Part shown: positions 19,476 to 27,766 of the stretch, piece by piece
Layout: the number at the start of each line of letters is the position of its first letter
How positions within the stretch are numbered: the stretch's first letter is position 1
Source: an uncultured Colwellia sp.
GTDB lineage: Bacteria > Pseudomonadota > Gammaproteobacteria > Enterobacterales > Alteromonadaceae
Direction: 5' to 3'
DNA length: 64,000 bases
Assembly: GCA_913049915.1 (NCBI GenBank)
Contig: CAJWZC010000009.1
Location: 386-64,385, forward strand
Translations under genes and position numbers: made by a program
The notes under the pieces: generated by a model
Seen by the model: the letters and a program-made list of their open reading frames with translations, nothing else
What the model was told of the DNA's origin: nothing
Database searches by the model: none

Positions 19476-20924
19476 TTATTTATTAAGATGTTCTGCCTCA
19501 GATTTTAAGCGTTTGATTGCGCCATTATCACCAAACAGCGACATCTGGTAATAGTCTTTATATTTACCCTTGAGCTTGGCGGCGACAAAAAATCTTGCGT
19601 CTGGATGAGCGTTTCTGATAAAAGATGAAAGCCTATAAGTTGTTTTAGTGCTAACCACCGTTTTGCCTTTTATAAAGCTTTTGCCGCCATCAGTGCTGTG
19701 CCACCAAACAACTTCACTTTGTTTTTTACCCTTTTTACTAACTGTCTTAGCAGTCAACAATAAACTAACATCAGTGGCAGATGAAACCCGTAGTTCGCTT
19801 TCTTTGGTAGCAGGCAGGCCATTATTGTTGCCAGTTACCCACTCGTTACCAGTCCAGCGATAATAGGCTGGTAGAGCACCAGGACCAATATGTTTTTCTC
19901 CCCCTTTACCGATATAAAAGATCAGATGGGGATTGCCTTTATCATCAAGTCGTGTCAAGCCACGCACTGTCCATAGATCGCCGGTATCCTTAACCAAGGT
20001 CATTTCATCGGCAAGCTCTTTAGTGACCGGCGTTTTAAGTTTTTCACCCTGCACATTCCGCCAAGTATGATCCTTGGTATCCATCACCATATAATAAACG
20101 TTTTTACGATGGCCATTATGCTTGGTAGCGCCGTATCCGTGCATATGATAATTGTAGGTTGTAATAATATCACTGCCCTGACCTCGACTAAAAGAAGGAT
20201 ACCAACTATCCATGAAACCCGGGGTATCGGTGTTCACTTTGGTTTTGAGGATTGATACCGGTGGCTCAAAAGTACGGGCATTGTCCGTTGACAATTGGTA
20301 AACCCAGTTACTTTCGTGGGCACCGTGACGATATAAATAATAGATATTGCCATTGTCCATTTTTATAAACTGGGCATAGGTACCAAAGGCTGGAATGTTA
20401 TCCAGCACTTCCCAACTGGTTATATCTTGTGGATTTTTCGATACCACGTGTGTCATATCACCGTAATGGGAGTTTCCAAGAGGGTTTTCACCATGTAATG
20501 ACAGCCCGCCATGACCGCCAAAGATAAGATGAATATAACCCGCATTATCAACAACCAAAGCAGGTTTACCGTGGTTATCTATTTTGCGGTTGGGATCTTT
20601 ACCCATGGTACTGACGCCCGCTTTTATAGGGCCAGTCCATGTTTTTGTTTTATGTTTGTACGCTGTCACATAGGCATCTTCAAGCGGGCCTTGGTATGCC
20701 ACATAGGTAACTCCGTTATAATATTCCCCTGAGTCTTTGCCAGGTGTAATGGTATTACTGAAGCCATTGTCGGTAAAATAATCTACCTCAACTATTGGTT
20801 TTGATTGCGTGTGAGCTGAGATTAACCCTATTAGAATTAATATAATTTTTAAACTATTAGAGTATTTGTTGTCCATACATAGTTGCCTTTTAATATTGCC
20901 CGCTTGAGTTTTGAGCAAGATCAC
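19476..20924 (-). CDS. BNR-4 repeat beta-propeller; PL25 (ulvan lyase)-like candidate lyase
   Basis: DNHGKPALVVDNAGYIHLIFGGHG and GTYAQF...YYLYRHG; signal peptide follows the likely start MDNK. Confidence 0.65.
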   Translation of the reverse strand: MILLKTQAGNIKRQLCMDNKYSNSLKIILILIGLISAHTQSKPIVEVDYFTDNGFSNTITPGKDSGEYYNGVTYVAYQGPLEDAYVTAYKHKTKTWTGPIKAGVSTMGKDPNRKIDNHGKPALVVDNAGYIHLIFGGHGGLSLHGENPLGNSHYGDMTHVVSKNPQDITSWEVLDNIPAFGTYAQFIKMDNGNIYYLYRHGAHESNWVYQLSTDNARTFEPPVSILKTKVNTDTPGFMDSWYPSFSRGQGSDIITTYNYHMHGYGATKHNGHRKNVYYMVMDTKDHTWRNVQGEKLKTPVTKELADEMTLVKDTGDLWTVRGLTRLDDKGNPHLIFYIGKGGEKHIGPGALPAYYRWTGNEWVTGNNNGLPATKESELRVSSATDVSLLLTAKTVSKKGKKQSEVVWWHSTDGGKSFIKGKTVVSTKTTYRLSSFIRNAHPDARFFVAAKLKGKYKDYYQMSLFGDNGAIKRLKSEAEHLNK

Positions 20925-20978
20925 CCCTAGACTAAAAACGCCCTACAGGGATAACCGTATTAGCACTTTATAAAAGTT

Positions 20979-22187
20979 TTATTTTTCCCATTTCAGCATT
21001 TCTGATGCCGCCAATAACACGGCGCCTGTCCCGTATACTTGAGTATGATGCGAAGCTGCAGGATCCGGAGATTTACCAATTTGTTGCACCCAGTGAACCA
21101 TACCCTCGTCATCAACCGAAGCTGTCAATGCCGCCCAGCCTTTTTTCGCTGCATCGATACTTTCTTGATCGGTTAAGAAACCGTTGTTAATACCCCAAAC
21201 AAGTCCATAAGTCATAAAACCTGTACCACTTATTTCTGGCGTTTTCAGAGAATTAGGATCCATCAAAGAGGTTGCCCAGTAACCGTCAGGTTTTTGTACA
21301 TTAACTAACCCCTTAGCCAGGATTTTGAAGAGTTCAATGTAACGTGGGCGCTCAGGATGATCTTCCGCCATATCATCTATAAACATTGGTAAAGCAGAGA
21401 ATACCCAACCATTGCCACGGCTCCAAAACACTGGGGCACCATTATCACCTTTTTCTTTAAAATAACGGCTATCTCTATAATAAAGGCTATGCTCTTTCGA
21501 GAATAAGTAGTCAGTCGTTGCCCAAAACTCTTTATTAGCATAATCAATATAACGAGAATCACCGGTGGCATTACCTAGCATTAACCAGGTACGCGGTGCC
21601 ATAAACAAGGCGTCAGACCAACACCAACGTTTTTTACAAGAGCCGACATAATCAGGTGAGCCTTTGTCTGCATGTGACAGGCTAGTGGCGGGGCTTTCCG
21701 CTAACACAAGATCCAATACTTTTTGTGTTGGCTCATACATTGACTTATCGCCACCTTGTTCAGCAAGCCATAAGTATATTTGGCCAACGGCCTGATCATC
21801 GGCATGAAAAGGTCGTTCCGCTAGCTGATAATCGTTATGGATGGCTAGCTCTTTAAGGGCGGTTAATCCTGCTTGATCATTAGTGGCTTCTACCCATTGA
21901 GTTAGACCAATATAAAAAGCAGCCTGCACCCATTCTTTAGTATTCGGGGTTCTACCCATTTTAACAATATAATCTTCAAAATTGTCCATACGAGCAAGCT
22001 GCCATGCCATAGCACGGTCACCCACTTCTTTGGCTTCTGCCCTGATAGATTCTGGCGTTGCATTTAGCGCTAATTGTGCTTGATCTGCATTGATACTGTA
22101 TGTTGATTTAAAGGCACTACAAGCCACCAGTAACGACGATAGTGTAATAGCCAAACCTGTAAATATTTTACTTGATGAATTTTTCAT
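20979..22187 (-). CDS. GH105 unsaturated glucuronyl hydrolase, lipoprotein
   Basis: Lipobox LLVAC; HADDQ, RWCWSDALFMAP, FWSRGNGWV, PEISGTG; paralog of the N-terminal domain of 3716..5767. Confidence 0.85.
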   Translation of the reverse strand: MKNSSSKIFTGLAITLSSLLVACSAFKSTYSINADQAQLALNATPESIRAEAKEVGDRAMAWQLARMDNFEDYIVKMGRTPNTKEWVQAAFYIGLTQWVEATNDQAGLTALKELAIHNDYQLAERPFHADDQAVGQIYLWLAEQGGDKSMYEPTQKVLDLVLAESPATSLSHADKGSPDYVGSCKKRWCWSDALFMAPRTWLMLGNATGDSRYIDYANKEFWATTDYLFSKEHSLYYRDSRYFKEKGDNGAPVFWSRGNGWVFSALPMFIDDMAEDHPERPRYIELFKILAKGLVNVQKPDGYWATSLMDPNSLKTPEISGTGFMTYGLVWGINNGFLTDQESIDAAKKGWAALTASVDDEGMVHWVQQIGKSPDPAASHHTQVYGTGAVLLAASEMLKWEK

Positions 22188-22276
22188 TTCTTATCCACTG
22201 TTTCTTATTAATTTAAATGTATTGAATATTTCAAGCTTTCGTTAATGCTTGCTATGTCAAAGACCTTATTTGTGAG

Positions 22277-23152
22277 CTATTTTACTGCCCACACCTTAAA
22301 GTCGTCATAGCTAACTTTATTAACACCTGACATGTTTCTAAGGCCAATGTAGCCACCTTGATGTACCGAACTTTCGTCGATAACATGGTTAACAACTTTA
22401 CCGTTGATTTCAACGGTAATAGCGCCACCGACTTTCAGAATACGAACGTTATAATCGCAGTTGTCACATTTATCCGTATGGCTATCATTGCTTGCTATAA
22501 TTTTAAACTGCGGATTGGTGCGGATGCGATTGGTTTCTCTTTCACGATTTTTAAGTGCTCTCGGCCATGAATTTCTACTCCAATACGAGACAGTGTAACC
22601 CGCAAGACCTCGGTTATACTTTTTGTATACCCCGTCACGAACAGGCAAGCTGATATCGAAAATATCTTGTCCTTCCTTCCCTGTCGTTGCAAAGAAAACT
22701 AAGGTTAAGCCCGCGTCTGAACTGTGATGATTGACGGTAAATTCAAATAGTACATCAGACGGGTAGGATTTTTTATGCCAGACCACCATATGAGATCGTT
22801 CTTTGACTTCTGTTTCAATAGGCTGCCCGCAAGATTTAAAGGGAACCGGAGAAACCCAAAGTTTCCCCTGACAAACTGCCGCACCGCCCCAACCTTCGAC
22901 AATCCACTGTGCCGCGGGGTTGGGTGTTCTAGATCGTTTATCACCCTTAACCATGTTGCTTTCAAAATCGAGAACATCCTTGCCTGAAAAATCATTTTTA
23001 TACAACAGGTTAAGCTTTACTTCATTGATATTTAATGGCGCACCGATTTGCTGTGTTGAGTCAAAAGCGTAAACACTGCTGCTAGCAAGCAACAAAGCGC
23101 TAGCATGCAATACAGAAGATCGGCCAATTGATAAAATTAATTTATTGAGCAT
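22277..23152 (-). CDS. DUF1961/YesU-like secreted jelly-roll protein
   Basis: Signal peptide; WIVEGWG, RSHMVVW, LTLVFFA, YTVSYW, GGYIGLR. Confidence 0.6.
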   Translation of the reverse strand: MLNKLILSIGRSSVLHASALLLASSSVYAFDSTQQIGAPLNINEVKLNLLYKNDFSGKDVLDFESNMVKGDKRSRTPNPAAQWIVEGWGGAAVCQGKLWVSPVPFKSCGQPIETEVKERSHMVVWHKKSYPSDVLFEFTVNHHSSDAGLTLVFFATTGKEGQDIFDISLPVRDGVYKKYNRGLAGYTVSYWSRNSWPRALKNRERETNRIRTNPQFKIIASNDSHTDKCDNCDYNVRILKVGGAITVEINGKVVNHVIDESSVHQGGYIGLRNMSGVNKVSYDDFKVWAVK

Positions 23153-24515
23153 TTGATGCGCCTTTAGTTGGATTAGATTGCAAGGCAGGACTAGCTGTGC
23201 TTAAACGGTAGTCACCTTTGCTAGCGTCACGAAAGAGTGGATCTGCAAACATAGGATCTTCTCCAGGGAAGGAAACGATTGCATCTCCTTGGGCAAAGTA
23301 TAAATTACCCGCAATGAGATTATTGGGGGCACGATCGACCATGCATAGATCGCCACTCGTGCCAGTAATAATATTATTGATAATACTATTATTTTCAGGG
23401 GCCACAGTCTGTATGCCATTTTCGCCATGTTCATTAAGCCGTTCATCGCCGATATGAATACCCGCCCGCTTCGCATTGATGATGGTATTATTGGTTATCA
23501 AGCACTTAGTAGGTGCTTGGTAGTGAAGCCCCTGCACTAAACTCATACCATAAAACAAACGAATGCCAGTACCCTTACTGTTAATGATTACATTGTCTTT
23601 GATAACGTGACCCGCACCAGAAATGCGAATACCACCCGCACCTTCAATAAAACGATTGCCTTCAACTAAACAATTGGTGCCGCCTCGCATCACAAGCTCA
23701 CCATCACATTGTTGAAATACATTGTTGCGATAGGTATTTCCTCCGCATTTATTGCTGATAATCTCTCTTTCACCATTACAACGTAAAAATAGGTTTTCTT
23801 CGACAATGGTGGCCACGTCAATATGTCCATATTTCGGCTGATTTGTGCCAATTTTAACCGCTTCAAAGCCATTATCACCAGAAAAAGAAGGAAGATCTTG
23901 GAAATGGTTTTTGGCAATAACATTGCCAATCGGCACGCCGTATTTAATCATCGCTTTACTCATCATCAAGTTGACACAACGGGCAGCGATATTGGTAAAG
24001 CGACAATCAGTAATATGATTATATTGAGCGCCTGGTGAAATACTTATCGCCGATTTTTTGCTCCCCTTATTGCTACTATCCTTAAATACGCAATTTTGAA
24101 TCCGACAATGCTCGGACCGATTGAAATCTAAAAGATTCTGTTCAAAAACACATTGTTCAAAATGAAAACCGTCTAAAGTGACATAACGTCCCGAAATAGT
24201 AAATTGGTTTACGCCAGAAAAGACAACACCACCAACACTCTGCGGACGAATGGTCACGCCATGTTTGGCGCTACCCTGACAATCTATAATGGCAGACCAG
24301 TTATGATATCGGCCATTAGTAATAACAAGGGTATCGCCTGCTTTAGCTTTTTTTATCGCCTTGGCAAAAGATTCCTTAGAATCGACTATCGCTTTGGCAG
24401 AAGATAATGGCGCAAGTAATGCTGCCGTGTTTTTCGACCACACGGCACTAGACAGCATGGTGCTGGCTAGACCCACAGAAGTTAAAGACAAAAATTTACG
24501 TCTGTTAATGCGCAT
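23142..24515 (-). CDS. Tat-exported PL6/chondroitinase-B-like beta-helix lyase (copy 1)
   Basis: Twin-arginine NRRKFL; EAVKIGT, EIISNKC...GELVMRGG, GGIRI. Confidence 0.82.
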   Translation of the reverse strand: MRINRRKFLSLTSVGLASTMLSSAVWSKNTAALLAPLSSAKAIVDSKESFAKAIKKAKAGDTLVITNGRYHNWSAIIDCQGSAKHGVTIRPQSVGGVVFSGVNQFTISGRYVTLDGFHFEQCVFEQNLLDFNRSEHCRIQNCVFKDSSNKGSKKSAISISPGAQYNHITDCRFTNIAARCVNLMMSKAMIKYGVPIGNVIAKNHFQDLPSFSGDNGFEAVKIGTNQPKYGHIDVATIVEENLFLRCNGEREIISNKCGGNTYRNNVFQQCDGELVMRGGTNCLVEGNRFIEGAGGIRISGAGHVIKDNVIINSKGTGIRLFYGMSLVQGLHYQAPTKCLITNNTIINAKRAGIHIGDERLNEHGENGIQTVAPENNSIINNIITGTSGDLCMVDRAPNNLIAGNLYFAQGDAIVSFPGEDPMFADPLFRDASKGDYRLSTASPALQSNPTKGASNAQ

Positions 24516-24634
24516 AAGAAAAATCCATATAAAAATTTGTCAGGATAAATTTCATCCTCTATTTCTCTATTCCAAATAAATGTGTCAAATAAAGTCGTTA
24601 TTCAACTTCACTTTACCGGTTAATAATCCCGATT

Positions 24635-26005
24635 TTAGTGAGCATTTGCAGCGCCTTTCGCTGGTTTCGATTTCAAGGCCGGACTCGCTTTGCTTAATCG
24701 GTAATCGCCTTTCTTAGCGTCGCGAAAAAGTGGATCGGCAAACATAGGATCATCACCTGGGAATGAAACTTTTGCTTTTGCTTGCGCAAAATATAGATTG
24801 CCAGCAATTAGATTGTCGGGGGCATGATCAACCTTGCACAGGTCGCCTTTCGTGCCGGTAACGATATTGTTGATAATACGATTGGCTTCGGGAGCCACAT
24901 TCTGTATTCCTTTCTTGCCATGATCATTACCACGTCCAACACCGATAAGAATGCCGACTTTTTCCGCATTGACTATGGTATTGTTGGCTATCAAGCACTG
25001 GGTTGCTGCCTGGTAATGACCACCCTGCTCTTTGGTAATGCCATAATACAAACGAATGCCAGTATTTTTACTATTAACAATAAGATTATCTTTGACTACA
25101 TGACCTTTACCGCAAAGCCGAATGCCGCCTTTTCCGCCAAAAAATTGATTGCCTTCTACTATGCAATTCTCGCCGCCGCGCATTACCAGCTCACCATCAC
25201 ATTGATTAAAAATATTTCGGCGATAAGTATTTCCCGCACATTTATTGCTTATGATTTCAGCTTCGCCATTGCATCGATCAAAGACGTTTTCCTCAACAAT
25301 TGCACCTACTACAACGTTGCCATACTTAGGCTGTTTAGTACCAATTTTAACTGTTTCTCGTCCATTTTCGCCAAACGCAGGAATATCTTTGAAATGGTTA
25401 TGGCGAATGACATTGCCTGTCGGTATACCGTGTTGGTATATATCATCATTCATGGTCAGGTTTACACAACGGGCACCGATATTGCTAAATTGGCAATCAG
25501 TAATGTGATTATTTTGAGCGCCTGGCGAAATACCTACCGCCGCCTTTGCCCCACCAGCATGACCACTATTCTCGAACAGACAATTGTTAATGTGACAATG
25601 ACTGGAGCGCTTAAATTCCAAAAGATTCTGCTTCATATTACATTTATCGAAGTGAAGGCCTATTACAGTGACATAACTGCCAGTAATCGAAATATGGCTG
25701 GCTTCGGTAAAGAGCACACCACCAGCACTCTGTGGGCGAATGGTCACAGGTTGTTTAGCCGTGCCCTGACAATCTAATTCGACAGACCAGTCATGGTATC
25801 GTCCATTGGCTATAACAATGGTATCGCCTGGCTTGGCATTTTTAACGGCCTTGGCAAAAGACTTCTTAGAATCAACTGTCGCTTTGGCAGCAGCTAATGG
25901 CGCAAGTATTCCTGCTGTTTTATTTGACCAAACGGCACAAGAAAGTAGGGTACTGGTTAGAGCAACTGAAGTTAATGATAAAAATTGTCGTCTGTTAATG
26001 GGCAT
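24635..26005 (-). CDS. Tat-exported PL6/chondroitinase-B-like lyase (copy 2)
   Basis: NRRQFL; ETVKIGT, EIISNKC...GELVMRGG; collinear with copy 1. Confidence 0.82.
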   Translation of the reverse strand: MPINRRQFLSLTSVALTSTLLSCAVWSNKTAGILAPLAAAKATVDSKKSFAKAVKNAKPGDTIVIANGRYHDWSVELDCQGTAKQPVTIRPQSAGGVLFTEASHISITGSYVTVIGLHFDKCNMKQNLLEFKRSSHCHINNCLFENSGHAGGAKAAVGISPGAQNNHITDCQFSNIGARCVNLTMNDDIYQHGIPTGNVIRHNHFKDIPAFGENGRETVKIGTKQPKYGNVVVGAIVEENVFDRCNGEAEIISNKCAGNTYRRNIFNQCDGELVMRGGENCIVEGNQFFGGKGGIRLCGKGHVVKDNLIVNSKNTGIRLYYGITKEQGGHYQAATQCLIANNTIVNAEKVGILIGVGRGNDHGKKGIQNVAPEANRIINNIVTGTKGDLCKVDHAPDNLIAGNLYFAQAKAKVSFPGDDPMFADPLFRDAKKGDYRLSKASPALKSKPAKGAANAH

Positions 26006-26046
26006 GATAAAATCCTAATAAATATGTGGTTATTGCAATTTGCATA

Positions 26047-26082
26047 AGTTAATCATTCAGTTAATCATTCAGTTAATCATTC
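26047..26082. repeat. 12-bp tandem repeat x3 (AGTTAATCATTC) overlapping a sulfatase stop codon
   Basis: AGTTAATCATTC AGTTAATCATTC AGTTAATCATTC. Confidence 0.85.
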
Positions 26083-27422
26083 AACTGAATTCTTCCTTTT
26101 AATAGTTCGGGGAACATGGCTACCGCTTCTAGCTCGGTATCTATACCTTTATCGCCGACACTTTGTTGCCATTTTTTAAGTCTGCTTAACAAATCAGCTT
26201 GAATGTTTTGAAATTCAATTTTTCCTGCCAAATTATTATCTTCTTTAGCATCATTTTGCAGGTCATATAATTCAAATTCCGTTGATGTTTTCTGCTTAGA
26301 CTTACCCTTTGGGTTGCCGGCCTTAATATTGATATTGTGAATGAGTTTATAACGTTCGGTAACCACAGCACGAATGGGATATGGTGTATAAATTTCCTTA
26401 ACACCCAAGGATGTATAACTAAGAAATAGATCTTCACGCAATGCCGTTTCATCTCCTTTGAGCAGGCTAGTGATGCTATTTCCATCCATTTCAGCCAGAG
26501 GTTTGCCACCACCTAATTCCATTAGGGTCGGCATAATATCGGTAAAGTCTACTAGTTGCTGTGAGGTCGAATTGGCTTTGACCTGTCCTGGCCAACGTAC
26601 AATCATAGGTACATGTACAGCTGGTTGGTACAAGGTAAATTTTGAATATGGCGTATTTGAACCATGGTCACTGACATAAATAACAATGGTATTGTCAGTT
26701 TTGCCGGCTTCATCAAGCATCTTAAGGAACATGCCAAATTGATAATCTGTGAGCCAATTGTTAGCTGGGTAGCCTTCAAAGCCATTTTCTATTTTACCGA
26801 GTTGAGGACCATGGGGCAAAGTAGAGGCAACAAACATCACAAAAGGCTTTTCACTTTTTGCGTTTAAAAATTCTTCAACACCTTTGTAGTCTATGCCCTT
26901 ATGTTTTTTAGCTACTTTTCCGCCACGCTCAGTACCTTGTACGGGTTTACCCGTATGGGGATATTTAGCGTCCCAAACAAAGGTATTATTTGGTCTGGTT
27001 GGCTTTTTGTGTACACCATCTTTTCCAACAAGTGCCGCGCGATAACCCAGCTTATTCATGATGGTTGGCATACTTGCCACATCTTTTTTCAATCCAGAAT
27101 GGTTGGGATGTGAGCCATTATGAATGGGATACATGCCGGTATACAGCGATGAACGTGCCGGTGTACATATCGAAGTGGTGGCATATGCTTTAGTAAACAG
27201 CATGCCTTGTTTGGCGAAATTATCAATGTTTGGAGTCTGTTTTGGATCGCCCCCGTAGACACCTACCGATTCAAGGTATTGATCATCGGCGACCCAAATC
27301 AAAATATTTGGCTTTTCTGTGATTTGTGCTTTTTTACTTGGAGAATCTTTACTTAGCGCCGCGCCATTGAAAAACATCAAACTGGCCATTATGATCAAAT
27401 TTACTTTCAAAATATTTTTCAT
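26073..27422 (-). CDS. S1 sulfatase (N-sulfoglucosamine sulfohydrolase-like)
   Basis: WVADDQ, CTPARSSLYTGMYP, GKDG, PHGP, SDHG, VPMIVRWPG. Confidence 0.88.
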   Translation of the reverse strand: MKNILKVNLIIMASLMFFNGAALSKDSPSKKAQITEKPNILIWVADDQYLESVGVYGGDPKQTPNIDNFAKQGMLFTKAYATTSICTPARSSLYTGMYPIHNGSHPNHSGLKKDVASMPTIMNKLGYRAALVGKDGVHKKPTRPNNTFVWDAKYPHTGKPVQGTERGGKVAKKHKGIDYKGVEEFLNAKSEKPFVMFVASTLPHGPQLGKIENGFEGYPANNWLTDYQFGMFLKMLDEAGKTDNTIVIYVSDHGSNTPYSKFTLYQPAVHVPMIVRWPGQVKANSTSQQLVDFTDIMPTLMELGGGKPLAEMDGNSITSLLKGDETALREDLFLSYTSLGVKEIYTPYPIRAVVTERYKLIHNINIKAGNPKGKSKQKTSTEFELYDLQNDAKEDNNLAGKIEFQNIQADLLSRLKKWQQSVGDKGIDTELEAVAMFPELLKGRIQLND

Positions 27423-27494
27423 TTTGTTTTCCGTCTTTATTTTCTTTTATTAATGGATTCTGGTGGAATTAAGCCGATACAACAAAAAAATACG

Positions 27495-27569
27495 TGGTAT
27501 AGCCACCCTGTCAACCAATCCACGAATTGGTCTGTCCAATACTACTGGCAACATATCATACAAGTCAAG
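27495..27569 (-). promoter_or_regulatory. Promoter/operator module copy B (operator 27525-27540; TTGACT-N18-TAGTAT)
   Basis: AATTGGTCTGTCCAAT 24 nt from GTCAA (27564); secondary TGGTATAGCCA at 27495. Confidence 0.8.
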
Positions 27570-27693
27570 ATAACTTATATTTTAGAGTAGTGATATAGGA
27601 AATAAATAATCTACAAAATAATTTTAAACATTAAGAATCAGATACTTAAACAGGTCATATTGAAGATATAAAGTTTAGTAAAGTTAAATAAGT

Positions 27694-27733
27694 GGGGTCA
27701 GAACAACATTAAAGTTAATTTTGTTCTGATCCC
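27694..27733. repeat. Degenerate inverted doublet of REP-like unit
   Basis: GGGGTCAGAACAACATTAAAGTTAATTTTGTTCTGATCCC. Confidence 0.7.
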
Positions 27734-27766
27734 GGTTAATTTGTGCTGAATTCATCTACTAAGCGT

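Noticed and set aside
2036-22187. Calling the locus a classical ulvan PUL
   Set aside because: GH105, a PL25-like protein and sulfatases fit, but no rhamnosidase, xylosidase or rhamnose catabolism is visible in the window.
24824-25777. 317-aa plus-strand ORF and the many other 60-185 aa ORFs overlapping major genes
   Set aside because: These are antisense or alternate-frame shadows of well-supported genes, with no recognisable motifs.
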